Source: Bacilli bacterium
GTDB taxonomy: Bacteria > Bacillota_I > Bacilli_A > RFN20 > CAG-826
Direction of reading: 5' to 3'
NCBI GenBank assembly: GCA_045222195.1
Contig: JBGUXN010000003.1
Coordinates: forward strand, 27,311-91,310
Length of the DNA: 64,000 bases
The notes below the pieces were generated by a model that worked only from the letters and a program-made list of their open reading frames with translations, was not told the origin of the DNA and did not search any database. The position numbers and the translations under genes were made by a program. The number at the start of each line of letters is the position of its first letter. Position 1 is the first letter of the stretch. This document shows positions 28,262 through 38,259 of the stretch, in pieces.

Positions 28262-29184
28262 TGAAAATAGTTAGAAAAGATAGATATATATTAGTCACTA
28301 ATAATGACTTTAAAGTCGCTCTCTCTATGTTAGGGGCATCGATAGTCTCTATTTATATTGGAGATGATATTTTAACTATGACCCCGGTTAACTTAGAAGA
28401 ATTAAATAGAAAAGATATTTATTATGGTAAAACTATTGGCCCTATTACTAATCGAGTTAAAGAAGGTCTTATTAAAATCGATAATAAAGAATATCAATTA
28501 CCTCTTAATGAAGAGGGTGTATCTAATCATTCAGGTATCTTAGGTTTATCAAATAAATTATTCGTTTCTAATATTCAAGATGATCGCGTCATCTTTACAT
28601 ATAATCAAAAGATTAAAGACGTTAATATCATATACGGTATCGCTTATACATTTAATGGTGATTACCAAATTAGAATCGATTATATCGTTAGAGTATCTAA
28701 TAAATTTGTGATTAATTTAACTAATCATACTTTCTTTACTTTAAATGAACCTAACATTAATAACTTATCTTTAAAAATCGATAGTGATTCATATATTGAA
28801 AGCGATAAAGATACATTATTACCTTTAAGTATTAAACCAATCGTTGATTGCTTAGATTTTAATAATGAAAAATTAATAACTAAAGATATTAATGACCCAT
28901 ATCTAATGAATCATAAATCTAAAGGCTATGATCATTCTTTTATCTTAAAAAACAACAATGTTAAATTAAGTTCCCCTAAATATGAATTAGATATTACTTC
29001 AGATTATGCGTGCGCTCATATATATAGTGATAACTATGAAGATGGGGTAAAGACCAAAAACTCTGATGTTAGCTTTAGAAGAGGGGTCGCTATTGAAATG
29101 ACTGATAATATCTTATCTAGACCAATAATAGATAAAGATGAAGTATATCAAAGATATATTATTTATAATTTTAAAAAGAAATAG
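28261..29184 (+). CDS. aldose 1-epimerase (mutarotase)-family protein
   Basis: 307 aa, beta-rich. 'GKTIGPITNRV' and 'NHSG' segments resemble mutarotases. Start overlaps the SDR stop codon. Confidence 0.5.
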   Translation: MKIVRKDRYILVTNNDFKVALSMLGASIVSIYIGDDILTMTPVNLEELNRKDIYYGKTIGPITNRVKEGLIKIDNKEYQLPLNEEGVSNHSGILGLSNKLFVSNIQDDRVIFTYNQKIKDVNIIYGIAYTFNGDYQIRIDYIVRVSNKFVINLTNHTFFTLNEPNINNLSLKIDSDSYIESDKDTLLPLSIKPIVDCLDFNNEKLITKDINDPYLMNHKSKGYDHSFILKNNNVKLSSPKYELDITSDYACAHIYSDNYEDGVKTKNSDVSFRRGVAIEMTDNILSRPIIDKDEVYQRYIIYNFKKK

Positions 29185-29251
29185 TCTTTTTTTATACCCT
29201 TTTAACAACAATGATATTCACAAAGTTTGTTAAAGTTTATATAATAAAGTT

Positions 29252-30553
29252 ATGATGACTTTAAGCGAACTTATTAAAGAAAAGGACAAATTGCCAATTG
29301 GAAACGTCTACGCTAAAAGGATTAGTAGTAAAACGTATTATTACTATCAATATTTTAAAGACGGACAAAGATATAGTGAGCTATTAAAAAGCGGAGAAGT
29401 TAAAAAACTAGTGCCTTTAATTCTTAAGCGTCAAAAAATAGAAAAGCAAATAAAAGAATTATTAAGTAAAGAAAAGACGATTAAAATGTCTCTTTCAATG
29501 AAAAGATTATCTGGCCATGTTATGGCGGGTAATATTCCGGTAGCGAGATTTGAGGATGGGATCATGTATTCATATCACGAATCACTTGCCCCACTTATCA
29601 TTCAAAGAACCCATTCAATTGAAAAGTTTTTAAGTCTTAGAATGATCGATCTAACAAGGACTAACGCTAGATTGCTTTTAAAATCGCTTAATATCCATGT
29701 TGAAGAAGATTATCAAACTCCCTTATATGCCTATGCATTAAGCGTTAATGATAATTACTGGTTTAGACCAAATAAATCAAAACTAAAATATGAAGATATC
29801 ATTTTTAAAGAAGATAACTATTTTGATACATCTTTAAAAGGTGACACCACTGTCTTTTTTCATAAAAGTAAATTAACTCCAGAAATAACGACGACTGGTT
29901 CTTTTGAAAAAGGTTGGAAATTAATTAATAACCATTGGTGGCTATATAAAGTCGGAAATCAAAAACAAATATTCTCCGAATTATTTTGTTATGAATTTGC
30001 TAAGTTAATTAATTTAAAAACAGCGAAATATGAATATAAAGATGGTTATATAAGAAGTAAGAATTTTGCCGAGAAATATAACTTTGAACCAATTGCCTCA
30101 TTAGCGGACGATAATGATTCTTATGAATATATCTTTGCTATCCTGTATAAACTAAATAAGAGGATCGCTAAAGATTATTTAAAGATGATCATGTTTGATT
30201 CGGTGGTTTATAACGTTGATAGACATAATGAGAATCTCGGTTTATTAAGAGATAGAGATACTGGCAAAATCCTCTCTTTAGCGCCTAACTACGATAACAA
30301 CCTTGCCCTTTTTAGCAGCGTTGATACACTCAAAGAAAGTAAAAAGGATGCATTTTTGCAAATGTTTGTGAAGTTTTTAAAAAGCAATAAAGAAGCAAGA
30401 GACTTATATCAAACAATCAAGTTTAAAGAGATTAATCAATCGATGATTAAAGAATGCATTGAAAGAATACCGATTAAGTTAAAAGAAAGCGCTCATTTAG
30501 AGGACGCTATATATTTAAGATACGAATATTTGAAAAAGTTATTCAACAAATAA
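29252..30553 (+). CDS. HipA-like serine/threonine kinase
   Basis: Catalytic loop 'YNVDRHNENLGLL' and 'APNYDNN'. No adjacent HipB-like HTH gene. Confidence 0.6.
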   Translation: MMTLSELIKEKDKLPIGNVYAKRISSKTYYYYQYFKDGQRYSELLKSGEVKKLVPLILKRQKIEKQIKELLSKEKTIKMSLSMKRLSGHVMAGNIPVARFEDGIMYSYHESLAPLIIQRTHSIEKFLSLRMIDLTRTNARLLLKSLNIHVEEDYQTPLYAYALSVNDNYWFRPNKSKLKYEDIIFKEDNYFDTSLKGDTTVFFHKSKLTPEITTTGSFEKGWKLINNHWWLYKVGNQKQIFSELFCYEFAKLINLKTAKYEYKDGYIRSKNFAEKYNFEPIASLADDNDSYEYIFAILYKLNKRIAKDYLKMIMFDSVVYNVDRHNENLGLLRDRDTGKILSLAPNYDNNLALFSSVDTLKESKKDAFLQMFVKFLKSNKEARDLYQTIKFKEINQSMIKECIERIPIKLKESAHLEDAIYLRYEYLKKLFNK

Positions 30554-30578
30554 AGAAGCGGTTATTCCGCTTCTTTTT
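30554..30578. terminator. bidirectional intrinsic terminator
   Basis: AGAAGCGG-UUAUU-CCGCUUCU plus a U run. It overlaps the 3' end of the convergent gene 30562-31140. Confidence 0.7.
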
Positions 30579-31140
30579 GTTCTAATTTTTTATGTTTTCT
30601 TTCTAAGAGTATCTCATCTAATAATGGAATCAATGGAGTTAATAACAATTCAAGTAATAAGAGATAGATATGAATCATCGCATGATGTTCACCTGGTTCT
30701 AAGATGAGCATGACAGAGAATACAATAACAGCGATTGATTCCGCACCACTGAGGAATGTCAGAGTCCATGATTTGATCTCAGTAACGAGTTCTTTAATTT
30801 CAAATGATTCTCTAACGATTGACCAAGTGGCCCAAACAACACATACAGCTTCATAATCCGCTTCATAAGGAAGATTAATAACTAACAAAGTAATACCGAA
30901 TGTAATTTCAATAATTCCTAAATAGATCTTATCTTTATGCCAGAAGTGTTTATCTCTAAATACTATTTCAAAAAGAATTTCTTCTAGGCCGTATAAAAGC
31001 ATCAGACCACCGATAAAATATTTAAGGTGTTCTACGAGATGTTCTCTAAAGATAAAGACACATATTGCTAAAGCAACATAGACGATTAATTTAATAAAAT
31101 AATACTTAATATGAGATTGTTCTTTTTCTTCCATAACCAA
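30562..31140 (-). CDS. integral membrane protein, unknown function
   Basis: 192 aa with about six hydrophobic helices. Confidence 0.5.
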   Translation of the reverse strand: MVMEEKEQSHIKYYFIKLIVYVALAICVFIFREHLVEHLKYFIGGLMLLYGLEEILFEIVFRDKHFWHKDKIYLGIIEITFGITLLVINLPYEADYEAVCVVWATWSIVRESFEIKELVTEIKSWTLTFLSGAESIAVIVFSVMLILEPGEHHAMIHIYLLLLELLLTPLIPLLDEILLERKHKKLEQKEAE

Positions 31141-31146
31141 GAAATA

Positions 31147-31779
31147 TTATATCCCAAAATAATGGGATAACACTATCCAAATGGCTAAAACTAATAAGAT
31201 ACAACCTCCAATAATAGAGGTGATCTCTGTTTTACCTTTTAATAAACGCACAATACTCTTACCTAATAAGACCCCTAATAAGGAAATAACAAAGGTAATA
31301 ACGATAATAATTGATATATGAATAAAGATAGTAACGTTATTAGATAGACCTGAATGTAAAGCAACACCTGTACCTAAAGCGTCAATAGAAGTCGCTACAC
31401 CAAAGAAAAGTACTTCTTTAATAGAAAACATTTTCATCTCTTTTTCTTCTTCGGGTTTTTTTAAATCTCTAATACCTTCAATTAACATCTTGCCACCGAT
31501 AAAGACAAGGAGCGCAAAAGCAACCCAAGTGACCACGAGTGACATGATGTTACCAGTGTTTTCACTGCTACCACTGACAAGAACTTCCACTAGTTCCACA
31601 AGCCAGTAGCCGATTAAAGGCATTAAGCCTTGCATAATACCAAATGTTAAAGCAATGAATAAGCCTTTTTTCTTATTCATATCTTGATAGATAAGACCAT
31701 CAGTGATGGACACCGCAAAAGCATCCATTGATAAGGCAATGCCTAATAATAAGATTTGAATAATAATCTCAATAGTCAT
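31147..31779 (-). CDS. mntP: manganese efflux pump MntP
   Basis: Duplicated 'SMDAFAVS' / 'TSIDALGTG' motifs. 210 aa, polytopic. Confidence 0.75.
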   Translation of the reverse strand: MTIEIIIQILLLGIALSMDAFAVSITDGLIYQDMNKKKGLFIALTFGIMQGLMPLIGYWLVELVEVLVSGSSENTGNIMSLVVTWVAFALLVFIGGKMLIEGIRDLKKPEEEKEMKMFSIKEVLFFGVATSIDALGTGVALHSGLSNNVTIFIHISIIIVITFVISLLGVLLGKSIVRLLKGKTEITSIIGGCILLVLAIWIVLSHYFGI

Positions 31780-31805
31780 ACAAAAATAATAGTCTTAATG
31801 TAGAT

Positions 31806-31831
31806 AAAAGAAAAGAACGTCGAAACGTTCT
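31806..31831 (-). terminator. intrinsic terminator after the malic enzyme gene
   Basis: Minus strand: AGAACGU-UUCG-ACGUUCU followed by a U-rich run. Confidence 0.75.
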
Positions 31832-31858
31832 AATCTATAAATAGGGAAGAAAGGAATC

Positions 31859-33031
31859 CTATTTTTTGATAACTCCTGTTCTAATCGCTGCTTCTTTAAC
31901 GCTTTTAGCAACGCAGACATGAGCTTTTCTATCATATGGATAAGGGAGAATATATTCTCTACTTAATTCCTTAGAAGAAACACAACTTGCAATACCTTCA
32001 GAGGCTGCCACCATCATTTCAGTATTAATGGTTCTCGCATTAGCGTCGATCGCCCCTCTAAATAAGCCAGGGAAGACTAAGACGTTGTTGATTTGATTAG
32101 CGAATTCGCTACTTCCAGAACCAACGATATAGGCACCTGCTTCTTTTGCTAAGGATGGATTAATTTCAGCCACTGGATTAGCAAGAGGGAAAACAATGCT
32201 CTTTTCATTCATTGATTTAATCATTTCTGGAGTGACGCAGTTAGGACCACTTACACCAATAAATACATCAGCGCCTTTCATCGCATCAGAAAGTTTACCA
32301 TGTACATGTTCTTTATTTGTGAGTTTAGAAACTTCTGCTTGGGCTTTATTTAAAGACTCATCACCTTCACAAATAATACCCTTTAAATCGCAGATAATAA
32401 CGTGCTTCGCCCCATAATTGAGCAAGAACTTACAAATGGAGATACCCGCAGCACCCGCACCATTAATCACAATCTTAATATCTTCGATCTTTTTATTAAC
32501 GAGTTTAAGAGCGTTGATTAACGCCGCTAAAGTGACAATCGCGGTACCGTGTTGGTCATCATGGAAGACTGGGATATCAAGTTCTTCTTTTAATCTTGTC
32601 TCGATTTCAAAGCAACGAGGGGCACTAATATCTTCTAAATTAATACCACCCCAAGAACCCGCAAATAATTTGATAGTTCTAATGATTTCTTCGGTATCTT
32701 TACTTCTAATACAAAGTGGATATGAATCAATATCGCCAAATGTTTTAAATAAGACGCTTTTACCTTCCATGACTGGTAAACCAGCTTCTGGACCAATATC
32801 ACCTAAACCTAATACCGCAGTACCATCTGTAATAACAGGAACAGTATTCCATCTTCTTGTTAATTCAAAAGATTTGTTAACATCTTCTTTAATAGCTAAA
32901 CATGGTTCTGCAACACCTGGAGTATAAGCGATTGATAAATCTTCTCTAGTTTCCACGTTAACGCGTGGTTTCATTTCTATTTTGCCTCTCCATTCCTTAT
33001 GGGCTTGAAGAGATTTTTCTCTATAATTCAT
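31859..33031 (-). CDS. NAD(P)-dependent malic enzyme (short form)
   Basis: 'GTAVLGLGDIGPEAGLPVMEGK', 'FHDDQHGTAIV', 'NGAGAAG'. Confidence 0.85.
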   Translation of the reverse strand: MNYREKSLQAHKEWRGKIEMKPRVNVETREDLSIAYTPGVAEPCLAIKEDVNKSFELTRRWNTVPVITDGTAVLGLGDIGPEAGLPVMEGKSVLFKTFGDIDSYPLCIRSKDTEEIIRTIKLFAGSWGGINLEDISAPRCFEIETRLKEELDIPVFHDDQHGTAIVTLAALINALKLVNKKIEDIKIVINGAGAAGISICKFLLNYGAKHVIICDLKGIICEGDESLNKAQAEVSKLTNKEHVHGKLSDAMKGADVFIGVSGPNCVTPEMIKSMNEKSIVFPLANPVAEINPSLAKEAGAYIVGSGSSEFANQINNVLVFPGLFRGAIDANARTINTEMMVAASEGIASCVSSKELSREYILPYPYDRKAHVCVAKSVKEAAIRTGVIKK

Positions 33032-33049
33032 GTTGTATATGTCCTCCTA

Positions 33050-35479
33050 TTACATAGGGATGAATGAAATGGATGCTGATAAGCTCATCATGATGAAGAT
33101 CATGCACCATAATAAGGCACCACTATAGACGTTACCCATCTTGCGATAAGATAATCTATTAAATATTGGTAAGATGAACATCATCACAATGAGTGGGAAG
33201 ACCATATTGATATATAGCCACATCTCATTAGTGTCCGTACTACTATAGTAACCGTAATAGACAGTACCTGTTTTAAAGTAGACGAAGTAATTGATGATGA
33301 TCATAAAGACTAGACCTAAACTATTAGCTAAAGCACCAATAGTAATGACTTGCCATTCTTTGAATCCTTCTCTTGCGATACCTAAGTTCACTCTAATGGA
33401 GTTAGAGAAATAGAAGACATAGAATCCAGCAAGATAGATTAACCAAGTCATAATGAATCTTGGTTGAAGTGGAGATGCACTCACAAGCATAAATCTAAAG
33501 TCTTGATGGGTTGTGATATAGACAAGTTGAAGTACTCCATAGAAGGTAAAGAAGAGGATGACCGCTAAACCTAAGGATTTTAATAAGTTAAGAGGTTTAA
33601 CTTTTAAGCCTTTAAATTTAGACCAATCGATTTGATCTTTCTTACCTCTAATTAAGAAGTAGAGGTTTTCCACTAATGTGATAAATACCCAAATGAATAT
33701 ACCAATGGCACCATTTACGACCGCCCAAAGGAAGACAGCGTTCATCATACGAGCTGGGAAATAATATGTATAAACATTGCCAGCGGCTTGTTCGAATAAA
33801 TCCATGGAGAGTTTGGCAAGTGGAATATAGTCTAAACAAGCGATAATACCGGTAAGAACCATAGGGAGCCAGAACAATAAGCGTTTAGCAAAGCTCTTAT
33901 TTTTCTTTTCTGTTCCCGCTTCTTGTCTAACGATAGGATCGTTACTATATTCTTTAACAAATTCTTGTTCTTTTTCTTTTCTTTCTTCGGCTTCTTTACC
34001 TAAAGATTTCATGAATGGAACGAATTTAATAACGACACTTGTTAAAGCGATGACAAGGGTGAACGCAAAGACAAGGGCTAAGCCATTTGATAATTCTTTA
34101 CCAAACCATGATTGATCAGAATCTTTTAATTCAGTTTCTAACTTAAGACTTCTTCTAAAGAAGTTTGTGGTATTAGTAATAGAAGCAGGATCATACATTT
34201 CAAAGCAGTGATTAATATCTTCATGGTGAATAATACGATATGTACCAGTATCAAAGTTACCGTAATCATAATCTTGGATGAATTCATCAAATTTACCGTT
34301 AGCACCACTTGTTTTGCTATTAACTTCATTAATGAATCTTAAAGCAATAACTTCATAGGCTTGGTTTTCATCTTGATAACGGAAACTACCTTCATCGTAT
34401 TTAGCATAACTTAATGCGGCATTACATCTTAATTTATAGAAGACATTAGCAGCGCTTGTTTTAATATAACCAGAAATATATAAAGCTTTAATAATACTTT
34501 GGTCATATGTGTCACCAGCGAGATCATCAGCGAGTTTGCAAGCATCACCACCACCTGCGGAGTGACCGACTAAACCAATGCGATCTCTATCGATGAAATC
34601 AAAGTCATCAATATTGTTATAAACATATGGTAAGAGGTAACCCATGCCACTTCTAGCGACTGAGTAACCATTTTGAATCTTGTTACCGTTATCGTCTAAA
34701 ACATATTCACCAGTGGTATCGTCATATTCATAACCACCATGAGTGGTGGCACCTTGACTACCTGGGTCGATAGTGAAGACAACCGCGCCACGACGAGATA
34801 ATTCGATGGCGTATTGGGCCATTGTGGCTTTAGTTCTTGTAAAACCAGGAACAACAAATACGACTGGTAATTGATTAGTGGCGCTTGCTTCTTTTGGCTT
34901 ATACATCGTATAGGAGATACTAACCATTGGGTCAGTAATTGTATAAGAAGTGCCATTAAGTGGTTGATCTTTTAAATATAGATCTGATTCTTTTTTGGTG
35001 ATGGTTCCATCTTTAACAATGACTTTACCACCACTTGTTTCAAAGATATTTCCAGATACGGAAGAAGCGATAATGCCCACTAAAGCGATACAGGAAATTA
35101 AGAAGCAAGGTTCTAAGAACCACTTTCTCTCTTTCTTTTCTTCTTTTTGATAGTTTTCATTGAACACAACCTTAACTGGTGATTCTTTTTTACTTAATAA
35201 GGCTAATAAGTTAAATAAGAGAGGGACACAGTCAATAACAGAAATAACTGTAATAACGATTAAGACGATGAAGTCCACTTTATTTAATTTATTTTCTTTT
35301 TGTAAACGGTTAATAATTGATTCTGAATATAAACCTAAGCATAAGGAAATAATTCCAAATACTAGAAACATCCAGAATAAGTTATTAGATACAGAATAGA
35401 ATAACGCTGTAGTTAAAGCGTAAAGGAATGTACATACGTATTCTAATATAGCCGCTACGCGTAAATATTTAGCTTTCAT
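33050..35479 (-). CDS. polytopic membrane protein with an embedded alpha/beta-hydrolase domain
   Basis: 809 aa. N-terminal TM helices, 'VGHSAGGG' nucleophile elbow, about ten C-terminal TM helices. Confidence 0.55.
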   Translation of the reverse strand: MKAKYLRVAAILEYVCTFLYALTTALFYSVSNNLFWMFLVFGIISLCLGLYSESIINRLQKENKLNKVDFIVLIVITVISVIDCVPLLFNLLALLSKKESPVKVVFNENYQKEEKKERKWFLEPCFLISCIALVGIIASSVSGNIFETSGGKVIVKDGTITKKESDLYLKDQPLNGTSYTITDPMVSISYTMYKPKEASATNQLPVVFVVPGFTRTKATMAQYAIELSRRGAVVFTIDPGSQGATTHGGYEYDDTTGEYVLDDNGNKIQNGYSVARSGMGYLLPYVYNNIDDFDFIDRDRIGLVGHSAGGGDACKLADDLAGDTYDQSIIKALYISGYIKTSAANVFYKLRCNAALSYAKYDEGSFRYQDENQAYEVIALRFINEVNSKTSGANGKFDEFIQDYDYGNFDTGTYRIIHHEDINHCFEMYDPASITNTTNFFRRSLKLETELKDSDQSWFGKELSNGLALVFAFTLVIALTSVVIKFVPFMKSLGKEAEERKEKEQEFVKEYSNDPIVRQEAGTEKKNKSFAKRLLFWLPMVLTGIIACLDYIPLAKLSMDLFEQAAGNVYTYYFPARMMNAVFLWAVVNGAIGIFIWVFITLVENLYFLIRGKKDQIDWSKFKGLKVKPLNLLKSLGLAVILFFTFYGVLQLVYITTHQDFRFMLVSASPLQPRFIMTWLIYLAGFYVFYFSNSIRVNLGIAREGFKEWQVITIGALANSLGLVFMIIINYFVYFKTGTVYYGYYSSTDTNEMWLYINMVFPLIVMMFILPIFNRLSYRKMGNVYSGALLWCMIFIMMSLSASISFIPM

Positions 35480-35491
35480 ACGTTATTCCTC

Positions 35492-36304
35492 CTATTCACC
35501 TGTACTTGGATTAAAGTAACTAGTGACTTCCTCGCTTTGGAAGAATTCCATAACTTTAATTCCGCCTGGATTATCACTAATTCTATGGAGATATCTATTC
35601 TTAGTTTCTCCGTTATAAATTAGTGTAAACGGCACTGATTCTCTTACAGATTCTTCTGGAATAGAACCAGTTGTTGTAATGTTACTAAGTGATCCCCAAC
35701 CAAACATGACATCAACATCCCCGTCATAAAGGATTTGTCCTGTTGTTGGACCAACATTACCTGAGTAGCCTCTAAAGACAACAGTGTTAATGTCATCTTG
35801 AGAGACTCCTTCATTAGATAAATATGTGGTTAAATGTTCATTAACCCAAGACATATTATCAGCGGTAATACCAGAGGTACCCGCTTTATCGTACCAAGCG
35901 ATAACGGCATAATGGTATTCCTTAGGAATATCATCTTTATGCATAATTAAAGCTTGATAGGTCACTGTGCTATTAATAGCGTGTGGCTTAGCTTCCATAT
36001 AATGGACCATTCTTCCCGCGCCGATATATTGGGTTTTGAAATTAGATGGACTACTATAATCTAATTCATTAACGTCATAAGTAGTCCAACCTAAGAATCT
36101 AAAATCGGTTGGGATATATGCTTCACTAATGGAAGGAGTTTTGTAGTTTTTAAACTGGGTAACAACACCAGAATCCACGACTTCTCCTTCGTTCATGAAG
36201 ACAACATTGATTTCTTCTTCAAAGAAACCTGCTGCACATCCAGAAAGGAATGTGATACTACAAGCTGTACCTAACGCTAAAGTAATAATTTTGCTTAACT
36301 TCAT
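35492..36304 (-). CDS. lipoprotein (one copy of a D.D..(I/F)G.G..-type domain)
   Basis: Lipobox 'FLSGC'. 'DVDVMFGWGSLSN' resembles the domain repeated in the next gene. Confidence 0.55.
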   Translation of the reverse strand: MKLSKIITLALGTACSITFLSGCAAGFFEEEINVVFMNEGEVVDSGVVTQFKNYKTPSISEAYIPTDFRFLGWTTYDVNELDYSSPSNFKTQYIGAGRMVHYMEAKPHAINSTVTYQALIMHKDDIPKEYHYAVIAWYDKAGTSGITADNMSWVNEHLTTYLSNEGVSQDDINTVVFRGYSGNVGPTTGQILYDGDVDVMFGWGSLSNITTTGSIPEESVRESVPFTLIYNGETKNRYLHRISDNPGGIKVMEFFQSEEVTSYFNPSTGE

Positions 36305-36326
36305 AGGTATGGCTCCTTTAGTTTAT

Positions 36327-38231
36327 TTATTCGCCTGTGACGAAATATGTATCGAAAACGTTTCTCGCTAATGGGTTTTCGTGAATTAAAGCAACGTATC
36401 TACCAGATGCAGCCACAAATGGAGCACCAATAGCTTTCTTAGCAACTGTGGTCATACCAGCGGTTGTACCTTCAGTAGCGTCGATATTGTTACCACAACC
36501 GATAACTAAGTCAGTACCTTTACCATCTCTTAAAGCTTTTGTTTCGGTACCTAAATCAGCGACTTTTGTACCAGTAGCTAAGTAAGTAGTAATTTTAACG
36601 TTATATTTATCTGCTAAGGTTTCACCTTCCTCAATACCTAAGTATGTTTTGACATTTGTTTCAATAGCGGCAGTCATTGTTTCTCTTTCAGCTTCTGTTG
36701 TCCACTTATTAGCATTGCTCCAGAATGAATAATGGAATTCAAATTCAATTGCGTCGGCAATCACAAAGTTATATAACTTCTTAGCTAATTCTAAGTGAGA
36801 GGCTTGACATTTATCAGAGATGATAACTTTTCTAGATGTATTAGCGAAGTGTTTAGCACCTGCATTAGCAGTTGGACCATCAGCGTGTTTACCTAAATTA
36901 TTAACTGGGTTATTACCACCGATAATGACATCGCTATCATCACCGATTGCACCACTAAATGTTGAGGCATTACCATCGATGAAATTGAATTTAACTTTTT
37001 CAGTAGTAAGAGTTGTGTTAAATCTTGCTTCTAATAATTTAGCTTCTGGAAGAGTTAAGTTAGTGCCATTGATTTGGACATAGACCACTAAGTCTTCGCT
37101 AACGACTGGAGCGTCTTCAAAGATTGGATATAAATCAATTGTTTTAACGCCTTCAGCGACTAAAGAAACGAGGTCATCATATTTTAATACTGCATCAGCG
37201 GCTTTTTCTAAAACGACTTCACCAGTTTCGCTTAACGCAAAACCTTTAAAGATTTTACCTTCTGGAACAGTGATGGCTGGCATTTCGACAACATCACTCT
37301 TTGTGTGTAAAACTGTTTCTTTAACGTCATCACCATGTACTTTTACAGTGAAGGCTAAATCAACTGGTTTTAAGCTTTCTGTAATTTCAGCAGCGGTTAA
37401 TTCTCTAACAAATGAAGCGATACCTGCAGTTGTATCTCTTAACCATTCATAAGTCTTAACACCTAATTCAGTAGCGACACTTGTACAAGCAACGTATCTT
37501 GCAGTACCATCACCCATTGGTGTTTGGAACTTATAATCGTTAGAAGCATTGTATAATGCGACACCAGCGCTTGAGTTGATGTTATTACCAACACCGATAA
37601 CGATATCGACATCAGCATCGGCGTTAATTAAAGCACCCATTTCTGCGACTGTCTTTGTAGAATAATTTCTGAATTGAATATTCTTGATATTCTCATCAGT
37701 AGCGCCACTAGCCTTTAAATAATTAATGATGTTTTGATAGAAGAGTCTAACTGTTGTTTTTGTTAAGTGTGAAGTAACTTTTGTTGGGTCATCTGGATCG
37801 TTTACTTCCCACCAACCTAAAACTAAGTAATAGGTTTTGCCTTCTTCTTTCACATCATCAACACTTAAACCTGTGTCTTGTGCTTCTTTAAAGACAGCAT
37901 AGAATGTGGTTTCTTCGTTAATAACATATGTTGTTAAATCAACGATTTCACCACCTGCAGTTAAAGCCCAGCCTTCAAATAAATAGCCTTCTGGAGGAGT
38001 AACTGTTGGAATTTGAGCAGCAGTTAAAGTTTCTCCTTCTTTAACACTTTCTGTAGCCACTCTTTCGTCACCGTTCATAAATTTAACGGTGTAACGTTTA
38101 GCTGGTGTGACTTGACTTGTTCCACTATCACCAGCTGGTTGGGATTTGCTATCTTCGCCACCTTTAGAGCCACATGCGACTAAAGTAGTAGCGAGTAATA
38201 GAGTTAATAATCCTAAAAATTTCTTTCTCAT
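36327..38231 (-). CDS. lipoprotein with InlB-B-type repeats and a triplicated domain
   Basis: ATG at 38231 with an AGGAGA RBS gives 'MRKKFLGLLTLLLATTLVAC'. Three 'D.D.VIG.GNN' segments. Confidence 0.6.
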   Translation of the reverse strand: MRKKFLGLLTLLLATTLVACGSKGGEDSKSQPAGDSGTSQVTPAKRYTVKFMNGDERVATESVKEGETLTAAQIPTVTPPEGYLFEGWALTAGGEIVDLTTYVINEETTFYAVFKEAQDTGLSVDDVKEEGKTYYLVLGWWEVNDPDDPTKVTSHLTKTTVRLFYQNIINYLKASGATDENIKNIQFRNYSTKTVAEMGALINADADVDIVIGVGNNINSSAGVALYNASNDYKFQTPMGDGTARYVACTSVATELGVKTYEWLRDTTAGIASFVRELTAAEITESLKPVDLAFTVKVHGDDVKETVLHTKSDVVEMPAITVPEGKIFKGFALSETGEVVLEKAADAVLKYDDLVSLVAEGVKTIDLYPIFEDAPVVSEDLVVYVQINGTNLTLPEAKLLEARFNTTLTTEKVKFNFIDGNASTFSGAIGDDSDVIIGGNNPVNNLGKHADGPTANAGAKHFANTSRKVIISDKCQASHLELAKKLYNFVIADAIEFEFHYSFWSNANKWTTEAERETMTAAIETNVKTYLGIEEGETLADKYNVKITTYLATGTKVADLGTETKALRDGKGTDLVIGCGNNIDATEGTTAGMTTVAKKAIGAPFVAASGRYVALIHENPLARNVFDTYFVTGE

Positions 38232-38259
38232 AAGATCTCCTTTCATAAGAAAATAAATT

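Noticed and set aside
31780-31858. An expected yybP-ykoY Mn riboswitch upstream of mntP.
   Set aside because: Only about 80 nt separate mntP from the malic-enzyme stop codon. Most of that space is taken by the AGAACGU-UUCG-ACGUUCU terminator, leaving no room for a riboswitch of about 100 nt or more.
32418-32927. 169-aa plus-strand ORF, together with many other 60-115-aa antisense ORFs (for example 1844-2041, 4100-4357, 7691-8023, 9943-10206, 10474-10782, 17248-17529, 41892-42206, 47098-47409, 57447-57794).
   Set aside because: All are embedded antisense in long, motif-supported genes and have low-complexity composition. They are typical shadow ORFs.
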